Positions 10,190-19,426 of a DNA stretch of 64,000 bases are shown in pieces (the stretch's first letter is position 1; each line of letters starts with the position of its first letter). The translations under genes were made by a program, and so were the position numbers. The notes beneath the pieces were generated by a model, which saw nothing but the letters and a program-made list of their open reading frames with translations, was not told the origin of the DNA and ran no database searches. The DNA comes from an uncultured Gammaproteobacteria bacterium (GTDB lineage: Bacteria; Patescibacteriota; Microgenomatia; UBA10105; UBA927), in assembly GCA_964573695.1 (NCBI GenBank), contig CAZNKB010000006.1:8879-72878 (forward strand), written 5' to 3'.

Positions 10190-11545
10190 TCAAGTATATC
10201 GTATTACAGCGCGTGTGCTTAGGGAAATGGCGGGAGAAAATATGATATCCTCGTACCCTTTGGCGACCTTGCCGTACGATCGGGAAGAGCGAAGATTGGT
10301 CGCCATGGCCGCGAGTTTGGTTTTACGGCCGTTTATAAGCACGTCGTGGGTCATATCGATAATGGACTGCGGATACAGATCAAACGTGATGTCGCTGGTT
10401 TTGAGTCCTGCGTCGTTTAGTTGCCGTACGAAATCCTCGCTGTGAAACATCTCTGCCAGAGGGCGCGATATGATAAACGGTTTTTTGTAGGAGAACACGA
10501 GAGAGAGTACTCCTGATGCCGTCATATAGTGGCGGTAAGGAAATACAACCAAATCAGCTGCCGAAAAATACGTCGCGATATCTTTTTGGGGCACGTATCC
10601 GGTAAGTGTGATGTGATTGCTGGTGCGGACAACTTGGCGCACGTCGCGGAAGAAATTCTGGTAATAATGTCGGTTTGCAAGCGTCGGGCTTTCGCCGCCG
10701 GCGATAATGATGTGTACTTTTTTACCAAGCATTTTTTGGACACGGGCAAATGTCCGCGCAAAGATATCAGCGCCCTTGAACCAATTGATGTACCCGAAAA
10801 ACATGATGACGTGGTCACGCGCAGGGATACCGAGTTTTTTGCGGGCGAGTTTCGTGTCTATCGGCTTTAGGTTGGTGTCTACGCCATGCGGCACCGAAAC
10901 CGCATTTACCCAGGGAGCGAGGCTTTCCAGCTTTTCTTTAAGCGATGCCTCCAGTACGATGACCCGTGTTGAAACAAATGCCAGAATTCGGTAAAAAGTG
11001 TGGAATAGCAAATTGTAGATGTTCCCGATAAACTGGTCTTTGGGGCCACTTCCAAGACCTACGTGACCCTTAAGTTTCATGACATCGTCAACCACGTGAT
11101 GAAGGGTCACAAACGTCCGGTACTTGAGCATCCTTAGGAGTCCCAAAAACACGAGCCCGAGAGACGAAACGAATGGGTTGCCGTACATGGCAAAATCATA
11201 CTGTGCGAGCAGTGAGGTAGTGAGCGGGAACAGACGGATAGTTCGATAGATATCGAGCCACATGTCCGCTTTGCCGTGTCTGTAACATCGTATGACCAGA
11301 ACATGGTCTTCTGTATAAGCCTCCGGTTGTGAGTCGATATCGCAAAGTACGATGACACGGCGATCAAGATTTTTGAGCACGTTTTTGGTGTATGAGGCGA
11401 CCCCTGTTTTGCCGGTCGAATACGTTTCTCCCCGTTTCGGGTAGGGAGAAACCACGACAAGCGTATCGGGGTTGTTGTACCGTTTTATGGTCGTATTTGA
11501 TATGGTAGGCATACGATTCATACCAGGTAGTGAAATTTCGACCAT
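10190..11545 (-). CDS. GT4 family (group 1) glycosyltransferase
   Basis: 451 aa. C-terminal GT-B motifs HIIIAGGESP ... TGYVPQKDIATYFSAADLVVFPY. First gene of the minus-strand GT operon. Confidence 0.75.
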   Translation of the reverse strand: MVEISLPGMNRMPTISNTTIKRYNNPDTLVVVSPYPKRGETYSTGKTGVASYTKNVLKNLDRRVIVLCDIDSQPEAYTEDHVLVIRCYRHGKADMWLDIYRTIRLFPLTTSLLAQYDFAMYGNPFVSSLGLVFLGLLRMLKYRTFVTLHHVVDDVMKLKGHVGLGSGPKDQFIGNIYNLLFHTFYRILAFVSTRVIVLEASLKEKLESLAPWVNAVSVPHGVDTNLKPIDTKLARKKLGIPARDHVIMFFGYINWFKGADIFARTFARVQKMLGKKVHIIIAGGESPTLANRHYYQNFFRDVRQVVRTSNHITLTGYVPQKDIATYFSAADLVVFPYRHYMTASGVLSLVFSYKKPFIISRPLAEMFHSEDFVRQLNDAGLKTSDITFDLYPQSIIDMTHDVLINGRKTKLAAMATNLRSSRSYGKVAKGYEDIIFSPAISLSTRAVIRYT

Positions 11546-11672
11546 TGCATTTTTTACGCTGTCGGAATTTCAGGCTCCTTTTTTAAACTGATTGTCTATA
11601 TATCAGGTCGTCTATTCGACGTGCAATGAACGAAAGCGTGTCGAAATTCTACTACCTGGCATATAGTTTTTT

Positions 11673-11712
11673 CATTACCCGGCCCTGATTGGACAGGGAG
11701 GGCCGGGTAATG
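11673..11712. repeat. Perfect 14 bp stem hairpin (CATTACCCGGCCCT / AGGGCCGGGTAATG)
   Basis: Exact inverted repeat with a 12 nt loop, in the GT operon upstream region. T-run on the 5' side and A/T-rich on the 3' side. Confidence 0.5.
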
Positions 11713-11864
11713 AAATATATTATTTGCGTTGTCCTGAACAGAGAAGTGTTTCTCTTTTCGGGACAACGGCATACAGGGATTGTAAAACTACAAAAAAGAT
11801 CGAAGCATAAAAGCTTCAAAATTTAATGCAGTCTACAATTGTAGCCATTTGTCCGACCAATCCT

Positions 11865-11889
11865 GGCCGAGGGTTTGTAGCCCTCGGCC
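11865..11889 (-). terminator. Hairpin GGCCGAGGG-TTTGTAG-CCCTCGGCC downstream of the 11913-13121 gene
   Basis: Perfect 9 bp GC-rich stem, 24 nt after the stop of the minus-strand gene. The U-tract is weak. Confidence 0.35.
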
Positions 11890-11912
11890 AGTTTGTTAGT
11901 TGGTCAGCCAGG

Positions 11913-13121
11913 TTATGGCTTGCAGGTGAATGAGGCTTCCTCAAAGTTCAACTGCTCCAGCAAATAAGCGTCATCGGCAAAGACCGAAACGGCGCCATTG
12001 GCGGCGGTCCACACATCAAACCATCCCGGGCCTCCGGGGTGGGTCAGGTGGTGAAAACCATTGCCTTTGCTGTTGAAGACCCATGCTCCGCCGTCCCAAT
12101 CAGGCTCAGTCCAGAACGAAGGTTCATCACCTCCGAGAATGGCTGTAGCCATGACGGTGCTGGTGGGGCAAGTGGCATCGAGTTCGGGCTGAACCCAGAG
12201 ACCGCGGAGGTTCAGGTTTTTGCCCGGCACGGTGCCATAGCGGGGGTCCTGGCGGAACCCGTAGTTGAATTCGCGCGCCATGAGCGTGACGGCATCGTGA
12301 ACCCATTGTTGGTCTGCGCTGGTGTAGGTTTCCAACTGTCGAATCGTCGCGCCGTACACCCACATGCCCTTATGCGGACCATAGTTCACCGAGACCTTGC
12401 CGTTGGCTTGGGTCACCGTGTACTCGAAGTTATCGAGGAACGGCTGGTAGTACAGACCGATACCAACAGCCTGCACGACCCATTCGCCGCACCCTTCCCA
12501 GGGTACTGCCAAACCATTCTTCAACGGCTTGACGCCGTCATCGGACCAGCCATGGGCGGCGGTCAGTTGGGCGTTGGTGAGGCACGCGGTGGTTGTCGTA
12601 TAGTTCAGGTCCACATTCTGCGCTTCCGCGGGCGCTTCGGTGAAGCTTGCGGGTGCGGGCAGAACTTTGCCGGTACACGGGATGACAACCGGACCAACCT
12701 GAACGTAGGGCGCGCCGCTGGCACAAGACGACACAACCGTGTTGTAGACCGTCTGCTCATCAGAAGGCGCTACCACGGTGGCAGTCGGGTTGCCGAACAA
12801 CAAATACGCCGTAGGCGTGCTGGTCGGAAGTGCGGGCAACGTGGCGGTTGACGTGAACGTCGGGATGCCGGTTTCCGCCGCGTAGGTCGCCGCGATATTC
12901 GTCTGCACGATTTGACCGCTGGCAAGGGTATTGGTCGGTCCAGGACCCTGCGTCGCCGTGCCGTTGACGTTAACATACGCCTGCGTCAATGCGGACTTCA
13001 TCGTCGCGGTGGCGTACGAGTCGTCAATGACTTCCTGAGGAGTCGTCCCCAGGCAAGCCAGTGTGACCGCCAAAATCATGAAGGCGGCTGCAATGATGTT
13101 GAACGTGCGATTTTTGAACAT
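11913..13121 (-). CDS. secreted hypothetical protein (signal peptide)
   Basis: 402 aa. N-terminal MFKNRTFNIIAAAFMILAVTLACLG signal. Thr-rich segments. Confidence 0.55.
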   Translation of the reverse strand: MFKNRTFNIIAAAFMILAVTLACLGTTPQEVIDDSYATATMKSALTQAYVNVNGTATQGPGPTNTLASGQIVQTNIAATYAAETGIPTFTSTATLPALPTSTPTAYLLFGNPTATVVAPSDEQTVYNTVVSSCASGAPYVQVGPVVIPCTGKVLPAPASFTEAPAEAQNVDLNYTTTTACLTNAQLTAAHGWSDDGVKPLKNGLAVPWEGCGEWVVQAVGIGLYYQPFLDNFEYTVTQANGKVSVNYGPHKGMWVYGATIRQLETYTSADQQWVHDAVTLMAREFNYGFRQDPRYGTVPGKNLNLRGLWVQPELDATCPTSTVMATAILGGDEPSFWTEPDWDGGAWVFNSKGNGFHHLTHPGGPGWFDVWTAANGAVSVFADDAYLLEQLNFEEASFTCKP

Positions 13122-13356
13122 GGCTAAGTTTTCTCCTTTTAGCCTCCGAGTAGTTATTAGCTCTCGGACAAGTTGAGATTGGATATCACAGAAAGCGAAA
13201 AGGTTTTTGAGTCCCTAATTACCTCCTGAGTGAATTTTTCCGAGTACCCGAAAGTACTCGAAGAAAAAATATGAACCGGCTACCGCCATAAAAGCAATGA
13301 CAAGCAGTAACCAGATGGTTCCGAGCGTTTTGCGCAACCTCTTCATACCTTACTCG

Positions 13357-14271
13357 CTATTCCCGGCACGTGGTCGTGATGAGATCCAGATAGACGTTGG
13401 TGCCGTTGACGATGACTTCGAAGTGACCGCCAGTGACGTCCATCTCCACCAGTTGGAGCGAGGTTCCTGCTGGAACCGTTCCCAGCTGGGTGTTGGTCGC
13501 ATCAAAGTACGGGACATCTGCGTCGCCATCGTGCATAACGAACCAGGTGTACCAGTTGCCGTCGCGTGTATAGCCCTCTGAGCATTGCCCATGGCTGTAG
13601 TCGTTGAGCGCGATGTAGACTCTGGCCGTGCTGGTGACGTAGGTCACGCCGTCGTAAGTGACATGACTCTGATCAACGTAGGTTACGTCAGTGCCGTTTT
13701 CGACCCACATGACAGGTTGATAGGTCTCCGTCAGAAGCAGTGTCCCCATGCCATTAGCATTGACCAACTTGTAGTCTTTGCCGGCTTTGGGAGCCAGTGC
13801 CGCTGTGTGGGTTTTGTTCCAGACGCCGATTTCCAGCCGCGGGTCATAGTCGCCAATCAACTGATCGCAGGCAACTTTCACGCCGCCGATGTACATGGAT
13901 TCGGGGCGATAGCCGACAACGAGTGACTGGCACAGGTCGTGGGCTTTCAACTCCGCCATGATTACGGCGTTAGGAATCATGCGCACGTCGCCAAGGGACA
14001 AATTCGGCGGGTCGCAGGTTATTGAGTCCGCGTTGCTTGACGCCGACGCCACGGTGATTTCGTACTTGCCGAAGTCCGGGGCATCCGTCGATTCGCCGTA
14101 GTCGCAGACGATTTGCTGGGTCGTCTTGGTCGGTTCAGGCGTGGCAGTCTGGGTCGGTGCTTCGGTTGCCATCGTTTCCACGGGTTGCGCAGGCGCAATC
14201 GGTGTAACGTTTCGGCACGCGAGCAAGAGCGCAATCGCAAGCATCAGGCCTGCAAATTTGTTCTGCTTCAT
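13357..14271 (-). CDS. putative lipoprotein with a Thr/Pro-rich linker
   Basis: 304 aa. Signal MKQNKFAGLMLAIALLLAC (lipobox-like LLAC), then PAQPVETMATEAPTQTATPEPTKTTQQ. Confidence 0.55.
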   Translation of the reverse strand: MKQNKFAGLMLAIALLLACRNVTPIAPAQPVETMATEAPTQTATPEPTKTTQQIVCDYGESTDAPDFGKYEITVASASSNADSITCDPPNLSLGDVRMIPNAVIMAELKAHDLCQSLVVGYRPESMYIGGVKVACDQLIGDYDPRLEIGVWNKTHTAALAPKAGKDYKLVNANGMGTLLLTETYQPVMWVENGTDVTYVDQSHVTYDGVTYVTSTARVYIALNDYSHGQCSEGYTRDGNWYTWFVMHDGDADVPYFDATNTQLGTVPAGTSLQLVEMDVTGGHFEVIVNGTNVYLDLITTTCRE

Positions 14272-14291
14272 GTTTGCTCTCCGTTAAACCA

Positions 14292-15317
14292 TTACTGTTG
14301 CGGGCTCGGAAACGCGCCGCTCATATTGACGAGAACCGTTAGGTCATCATCAACAGTGAAATACGATGAGCCGTTCTCTGTCCGCAGATAGGTGCCGTGG
14401 ACGCAGTATTCCATCGGATCGTCAAAACCGTAGAAACCGACCTCGCCATCCGCGCAGACGTAATAGTTCCAGCCGGGATGCATCTCTTCGATGGAAACCC
14501 ATGCATAGCCGCCAGGAACATACCTCACATCCAGCGTGTAGGCGGTGTCATCATACAGCACGCGATACTTGTCCTTGTTGAGCGTGGTCGTCGGAATGCA
14601 CTTCTGAGTTTGATTGTTAATCAGAAGTCTTTCGCCATGCTGGCTCCAATCGCCTTCAATGAGAGACAGGTCAATGGCGCTCGGAAAGAGCCAGATATCG
14701 GCTTGCGGGATATTCACGCATTGCAGATACTGATTGCCGTTTTCCTGGTTTTCCCATGTAATGAGCGGCGCCTGCGGGAGGGGCGCGACATTCGCAGTCT
14801 GGCTTTTGACGGTGACGCTTGTGGTGCCGATGACGCTCCATGTGTCGCTCGTACAGAGTATCGAATACTCGTCTTCCACTGTCTGCGGGTAGACCGTCCA
14901 CTCGCTTCCAGCTTCCGAATATCTGCCTTCGCTGATGATTTGTTTGCAGGTCGTGCTTTCCAACTTGTCGTTTGCCTCATTGATGAGGTCCACATCCGCG
15001 GTCAGGGCGACGGGGTCGTTTTCATAGATCCACGTTCCTGCTTCGAGTCGAACATAGCCGCGCACGAACTGGTTGTTGATGTACGCCGAGAACGTATCGT
15101 TCGACGTGCATTTGAAATCGCGAACCGTAGATGCATTCACGACTTTATAGTCCGTGTTGCCGCAGTCGTTGAGAACAAACGGATCAGCGGTCATCTCGGT
15201 AGCGACAGGCGTTTCAGTAGCCTTAGGGGCTCCGCCGCCGCACGCCGCGAAAACGAACGAGCAGATAACTAACAGAACGAGCAGACCGTACTTCAACTTG
15301 CTATTTTTTGTTGCCAT
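14292..15317 (-). CDS. putative lipoprotein
   Basis: Start reassigned to the ATG at 15317 (MATKNSKLKYGLLVLLVICSFVFAACGGG), which has GGAGAAATTAATCATG SD spacing. The track ORF extends to 15479 with an unlikely N-terminus. Confidence 0.55.
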   Translation of the reverse strand: MATKNSKLKYGLLVLLVICSFVFAACGGGAPKATETPVATEMTADPFVLNDCGNTDYKVVNASTVRDFKCTSNDTFSAYINNQFVRGYVRLEAGTWIYENDPVALTADVDLINEANDKLESTTCKQIISEGRYSEAGSEWTVYPQTVEDEYSILCTSDTWSVIGTTSVTVKSQTANVAPLPQAPLITWENQENGNQYLQCVNIPQADIWLFPSAIDLSLIEGDWSQHGERLLINNQTQKCIPTTTLNKDKYRVLYDDTAYTLDVRYVPGGYAWVSIEEMHPGWNYYVCADGEVGFYGFDDPMEYCVHGTYLRTENGSSYFTVDDDLTVLVNMSGAFPSPQQ

Positions 15318-15567
15318 GATTAATTTCTCCTTGTTGACTAGGGTTGCCGTCAGCCACAAGTGTGACCGATCGGTATGACTGATTTCCCTTGCGGGACGAA
15401 CGGGGTGAACGATTGAATTCTTTGTTTGGGTTGGTTTTCCTTTCCTTAGGTTGGATTGAAATTCCGTCAGATGATACATATCGGTGTGATAATGTATGTT
15501 TCCCCACTAGACGGATAGCTTGATAGAGCTAGATGTAAGAGATCCTTACTCCTCTTGATTAAATTGT

Positions 15568-15623
15568 GTATATTCCCCAGTTATGTACAGACCTGCCGTT
15601 CTGTACATAGTGGGGGAATATAC
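15568..15623. promoter_or_regulatory. Imperfect 23 bp inverted repeat (20/23 matches) with a 10 nt spacer, upstream of the lipoprotein gene
   Basis: GTATATTCCCCAGTTATGTACAG ... CTGTACATAGTGGGGGAATATAC. Candidate operator or RNA hairpin. Confidence 0.35.
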
Positions 15624-16182
15624 TCACTCTTTTTCGTTCACTCGTTTTTCTAGTCGGAGAATCGCAACATCAGTGTTGTTGTCCGCTTTATTTCCGCTAT
15701 ATATTAAAAAAGAAATAATCATACATCTTTATCGTTTCACTCGATATAGCTTTACACCTCCGAGGTGGAGGAAGAAACTACAGCGAGTGGTAAAAAAGAG
15801 ATGATTTCTACCTCCGCCGATGAGGCAGAAGTAGTTTCCCTGTATGCCTTGTTAAAGTGCGTTTGCACCGTAATCCGCCGATGAGGCAGGTTAAAGTGCT
15901 ATGCTTCATCTTTACTCCAGACACACGCAATTGTGTGTCCTTTGTAAGGACTACGCATATTTCTGAGGTGTTATCCCCAGAAAAGAATCCCGCCCGCCTT
16001 CCTGCCGTAAGGCAAGACGGGACTCATTTCCGAGGGTAAGATTCCATATTTAATTGTTAAGATTTGTTTTCCTCAATGCACAACATACGGTTCTGCATTC
16101 AGGAAAAGGCACGAGTAAATGGTCCCGGTAAAGGGTATTTGGCTACGTGCCATGGTGAGAGAGTTGATTGCAGCGTGAGCTG

Positions 16183-16217
16183 CGAGAGAAAAGGGAGGCT
16201 GACAACTGGTGTCAGCC
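16183..16217 (-). terminator. Intrinsic terminator of the 16228-16704 gene
   Basis: Perfect 8 bp stem GGCTGACA/TGTCAGCC at 16197-16217, followed on the minus strand by UCCCUUUUCUCU, 10 nt after the stop. Confidence 0.5.
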
Positions 16218-16227
16218 TCACTATTGG

Positions 16228-16704
16228 TTACAGGTTGTTGCCTGGCGCTGGAGTAATCAGAAGACCATTCATGATGATCAGATTCCCATTACCTTTGCAG
16301 ATAACGCCAACCGTTTCAGGTTGTCCTTTTACGGCTTCCGTACCGGACACGGTGATAGCGCCAGCACTATTCCAATCGCCAAGGCATTCATAGCCTTGAG
16401 GAGCGGACCAGCTGACGAATGCGCCGTCGTATTCGATAAAGAACGAGGCGGACGATCCGTCGTAAAAGGTGGCGGTTGCTTCCTGCAGGTCGCTTGTGTT
16501 GCAAGTGAAACTCGTCACTTCTCGCTCTTCGCTCATGACCTGGTATTCGCTTGCCTGCGATTGGGAAATCGGGCAGTACCAGTCCACAGCATAGACATGC
16601 GCGAAAGTTATCGAGCCATTGGTGAGTGGACACAGCATCACGCAAATAAGGCAAAATAGCAGGACGCCGCCAAGTACGATCCAAAGCTTTTTGTTTCGTT
16701 TCAT
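16228..16704 (-). CDS. small secreted hypothetical protein
   Basis: 158 aa. Signal MKRNKKLWIVLGGVLLFCLICVMLC. Confidence 0.5.
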   Translation of the reverse strand: MKRNKKLWIVLGGVLLFCLICVMLCPLTNGSITFAHVYAVDWYCPISQSQASEYQVMSEEREVTSFTCNTSDLQEATATFYDGSSASFFIEYDGAFVSWSAPQGYECLGDWNSAGAITVSGTEAVKGQPETVGVICKGNGNLIIMNGLLITPAPGNNL

Positions 16705-16770
16705 CAGATGTTCTCCTCAAAATATGATCTGAGACCGGTACGATGTAGCTGCATCGGTCCCAGTTGATGT

Positions 16771-17883
16771 TTACGTCCCCGGCGTTAGTGACGCTGACGG
16801 CGTATTCGACGGGGTAAGCGTCGGACGCGGAGTCTTGGTAGACGTAGGTAGTGCCGTCGGCGTTTGGGTCGGCGCGATTTTGTGGGTCGCGTCAAATGAA
16901 TCAAACGGCAACGCGTCGCCCAAGATGTCATCCCCGAACCAGTAGTACTCCACGCTAAGCCAGCCTCCCGAAAATTCGTCCATGCGGCTAAGCATGTATT
17001 TGAGTAGCCGGGCGTTTTCCTTGTTCGTGCCTTCGCGCGGCTTGCCGTCTTGGATGAAATAAACATTCTGCATTTCTGCATCTACTTCATCGCACGTCGC
17101 GGTGTATTCTTTCCACAGAACGACGACGGTTTTGACCACATCGCCCTCGCAAGTAAACGAACGGATTGCACCGCCGTCAAACGTGATCTTCTCGCCGGTT
17201 TTTAACTCTTCGAAGGAGCGTGCGGGAAAATGGATGCCTGCAGGAACTTCGACGTTGTGGTCATGGTCAATGGTCACCTCAATGACTTCGCTTGCCGCAG
17301 TCCCTTCGCCTCCGAATCCCTGTCGGCTGAAGATTATCGTATAACCGTTGGGCATGATGCTCTTAAGTTCGTCCTCGTTGGTATCGAGAACATACATGAG
17401 CTCATGCACAGAATCCGAGATGTTCACGTCAACCGTGCTGTTGTAGGTGTAGGCAATGTATGTGCAACCTGGCGCCAGCGTGTAAGACAAGTATGTCTCG
17501 CCGAACCAGAACGTAAATTTCCCGTTGCACTTTGCAATCAGGAACACGTTGTAGCCCTCGGTGAACTTGGTCGTATTCTTCGCGTCATGGTCGTTTTCAT
17601 CGAACCAGCGTCCGAGAAACTCTACCGGTCCGCCGTCAAATATTTCCGCGTTAATCGTGCGAAGCATCAACAAACCCGGATCGGGAATGGGGCTCGCAGT
17701 GACGGTTATAGTGGCGGTGGGCGGTTCGGTTGCTGTATTTGTGGCGCTGGGTTCCGATGTGTTCGTACCGGTTGGAAATGCGGTCGCAGTTGCGGTCGGC
17801 GCATTTGTCAGCGTTTGGCATGCAAGCATTGTAATGAGCAATGCCGCAATGAATGCCGGAAAGCGATAGGCCTTCGTTTTCAT
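16771..17883 (-). CDS. putative lipoprotein with Thr/Pro-rich N- and C-terminal linkers
   Basis: 370 aa. Signal ...ALLITMLAC. N-terminal TNAPTATATAFPTGTNTSEPSATNTATEPPTATITVTASPIPDP. C-terminal APTQTPTALPTSTKTPRPTLTPSNTPSASLTPGT. Confidence 0.55.
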   Translation of the reverse strand: MKTKAYRFPAFIAALLITMLACQTLTNAPTATATAFPTGTNTSEPSATNTATEPPTATITVTASPIPDPGLLMLRTINAEIFDGGPVEFLGRWFDENDHDAKNTTKFTEGYNVFLIAKCNGKFTFWFGETYLSYTLAPGCTYIAYTYNSTVDVNISDSVHELMYVLDTNEDELKSIMPNGYTIIFSRQGFGGEGTAASEVIEVTIDHDHNVEVPAGIHFPARSFEELKTGEKITFDGGAIRSFTCEGDVVKTVVVLWKEYTATCDEVDAEMQNVYFIQDGKPREGTNKENARLLKYMLSRMDEFSGGWLSVEYYWFGDDILGDALPFDSFDATHKIAPTQTPTALPTSTKTPRPTLTPSNTPSASLTPGT

Positions 17884-18575
17884 GGTTTATCTCCCGTGTT
17901 GCATCGAGTAAACGTGCAACAGTAAAAAATGGTCTGATAGACTTCCTCATTATCCCGAGAGGGAAATGAGCTTGATAGTCGCCCGCAAAGCGAACGCTTC
18001 GTGGGTCGTTATCGGCCAAGTTGATTGATTGTAGATATTTGTTCTGTTTTCTCCTGTATGTGTGGAAAAAGGTCGGATAAATCATCCCCTGTAGTGTTTT
18101 GTATACCCCCGGTTCCGCGCAGAATAGCATTCTGCAGAGAACGGGGGATACACGCGCCTCAAGGGACACCTACAATCATGGGAGTAACCATAAACCGTAA
18201 CGGCTTATTACTTATATGTACTCAGCCCCGATCAAATCGGGGTCAACTCTCTCTGTTAATGTGCCCTTTGGTACCGCAGGTTTCATCGCGATGATGAGCT
18301 GCAGAGGCCAAAAGAACCACGAGCGCTCAACTTTTGAGCACGCGTGTTCCTGGTTCATCACCAGAAACGAGGCGGAATAAAGATCCCGTCTCGTTTCCGG
18401 AGACGATGCGTTATCAGTCGTATGTCAAAAGTGCTAATGATATTGTTTCTCCTTGTTTGCACGCCTTAAGTATCAGTTCCTTACCGTCCAACATGGTTTC
18501 GTTATTTGCCAAGCGCTTCGCGCGAACCCATTTTGTTTTGTAACCTCGCGGATCAGAATCCGCTCGTTAACAAAC

Positions 18576-18610
18576 ACAAAAAACCGGCTATCTCTGCCGG
18601 TTATTTTACT
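18576..18610. terminator. Bidirectional intrinsic terminator
   Basis: CCGGC-TATCTCT-GCCGG hairpin at 18584-18600, flanked by AAAAAA on the 5' side and TTATTTTACT on the 3' side. On the minus strand it reads as a hairpin plus UUUUUUGUG, 70 nt after the stop of 18679-19347. Confidence 0.55.
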
Positions 18611-18678
18611 GTTTACTATTAACTGTTAGCTGTTTACTGGTTTTGTGCTCCGGCAGAAGCGTATTTTTTGCCTGCCTT

Positions 18679-19347
18679 TTAGGGTTTAATTGCTCCTTTC
18701 GCGAGAATCCCAAACCCAATGACAGCCAAAGCTAAAAATGGAAGCATATATGCGTAATCTTCGAATCCCGCAACAGGAAGGGTGGTTACACCCATAACTT
18801 TTGTCTGCACGCACATGCTGGCCGTATCCTGGTCGGATTGCCCGCCAGGGCCGGTGGCAGTTACCGTGTTGACGATGTCGCATGTGAGATCATTTTTGAA
18901 TGCAGAGGCGTCTTTGATTTTGACTAATACCCGATTATGGACGGTCGCTCCGGCTTTAAGATCCGAGATTTCGTACGTCAGTTTGTTTGCGTCAGCTTCG
19001 TATCTGCCAGGACCTGAGACAAACGTCACATACTCCGGAAACACATCGATTACCGTAACCGTGGCAAAGTTCACGTTGCTCGTGTTGGTCACCGCTATGT
19101 CGTATTCGACCTCGCTATTCACGGAATACGCGGCATCTGAACTCGTGATGTTTTCAACGAACGTATATGCGTTTTGGGCTTGTCTCACTTTTTTGTTGAC
19201 GACAATTCTGTTTGGGGGACACTCTACGGTATTGCCGTATTGGTTTGTACACGTCGGTGTTTCGTTGTAGTCGGCAAGTACGGTTGGTGTAACCGCAAAC
19301 AATGCGGTTGCCGTTAAGAACAAAGAAATAGCTTTGATTGATTTCAT
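18679..19347 (-). CDS. Cell-surface protein with a DUF11-like repeat domain and a C-terminal sortase sorting signal (LPVAG + TM + basic tail)
   Basis: 222 aa. N-terminal signal MKSIKAISLFLTATALFAV. C-terminal ...TLPVAGFEDYAYMLPFLALAVIGFGILAKGAIKP. Confidence 0.65.
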   Translation of the reverse strand: MKSIKAISLFLTATALFAVTPTVLADYNETPTCTNQYGNTVECPPNRIVVNKKVRQAQNAYTFVENITSSDAAYSVNSEVEYDIAVTNTSNVNFATVTVIDVFPEYVTFVSGPGRYEADANKLTYEISDLKAGATVHNRVLVKIKDASAFKNDLTCDIVNTVTATGPGGQSDQDTASMCVQTKVMGVTTLPVAGFEDYAYMLPFLALAVIGFGILAKGAIKP

Positions 19348-19426
19348 ACTATATAGTTTGCTCTAGTAATTTGAGCGTTTGTGGAGTATATCACACTTAT
19401 ACACCAGAGTCAAGTGTTATAGGCTA

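Noticed and set aside
14292-15479. The track's longer N-terminal extension of the lipoprotein ORF (start at 15479)
   Set aside because: The internal ATG at 15317 gives a canonical signal or lipobox N-terminus with a properly spaced GGAG SD. The 54 aa extension is basic, non-signal-like, and lies in the structured intergenic region.
17884-18680. Specific RNase P RNA or tmRNA assignment for the structured intergenic region
   Set aside because: I could not find the P4 (AGGAAAGUCCGGGC / ACAGAACCCGGCUUA) or tmRNA tRNA-like and tag-reading-frame signatures by eye. It is left as an unassigned candidate ncRNA.
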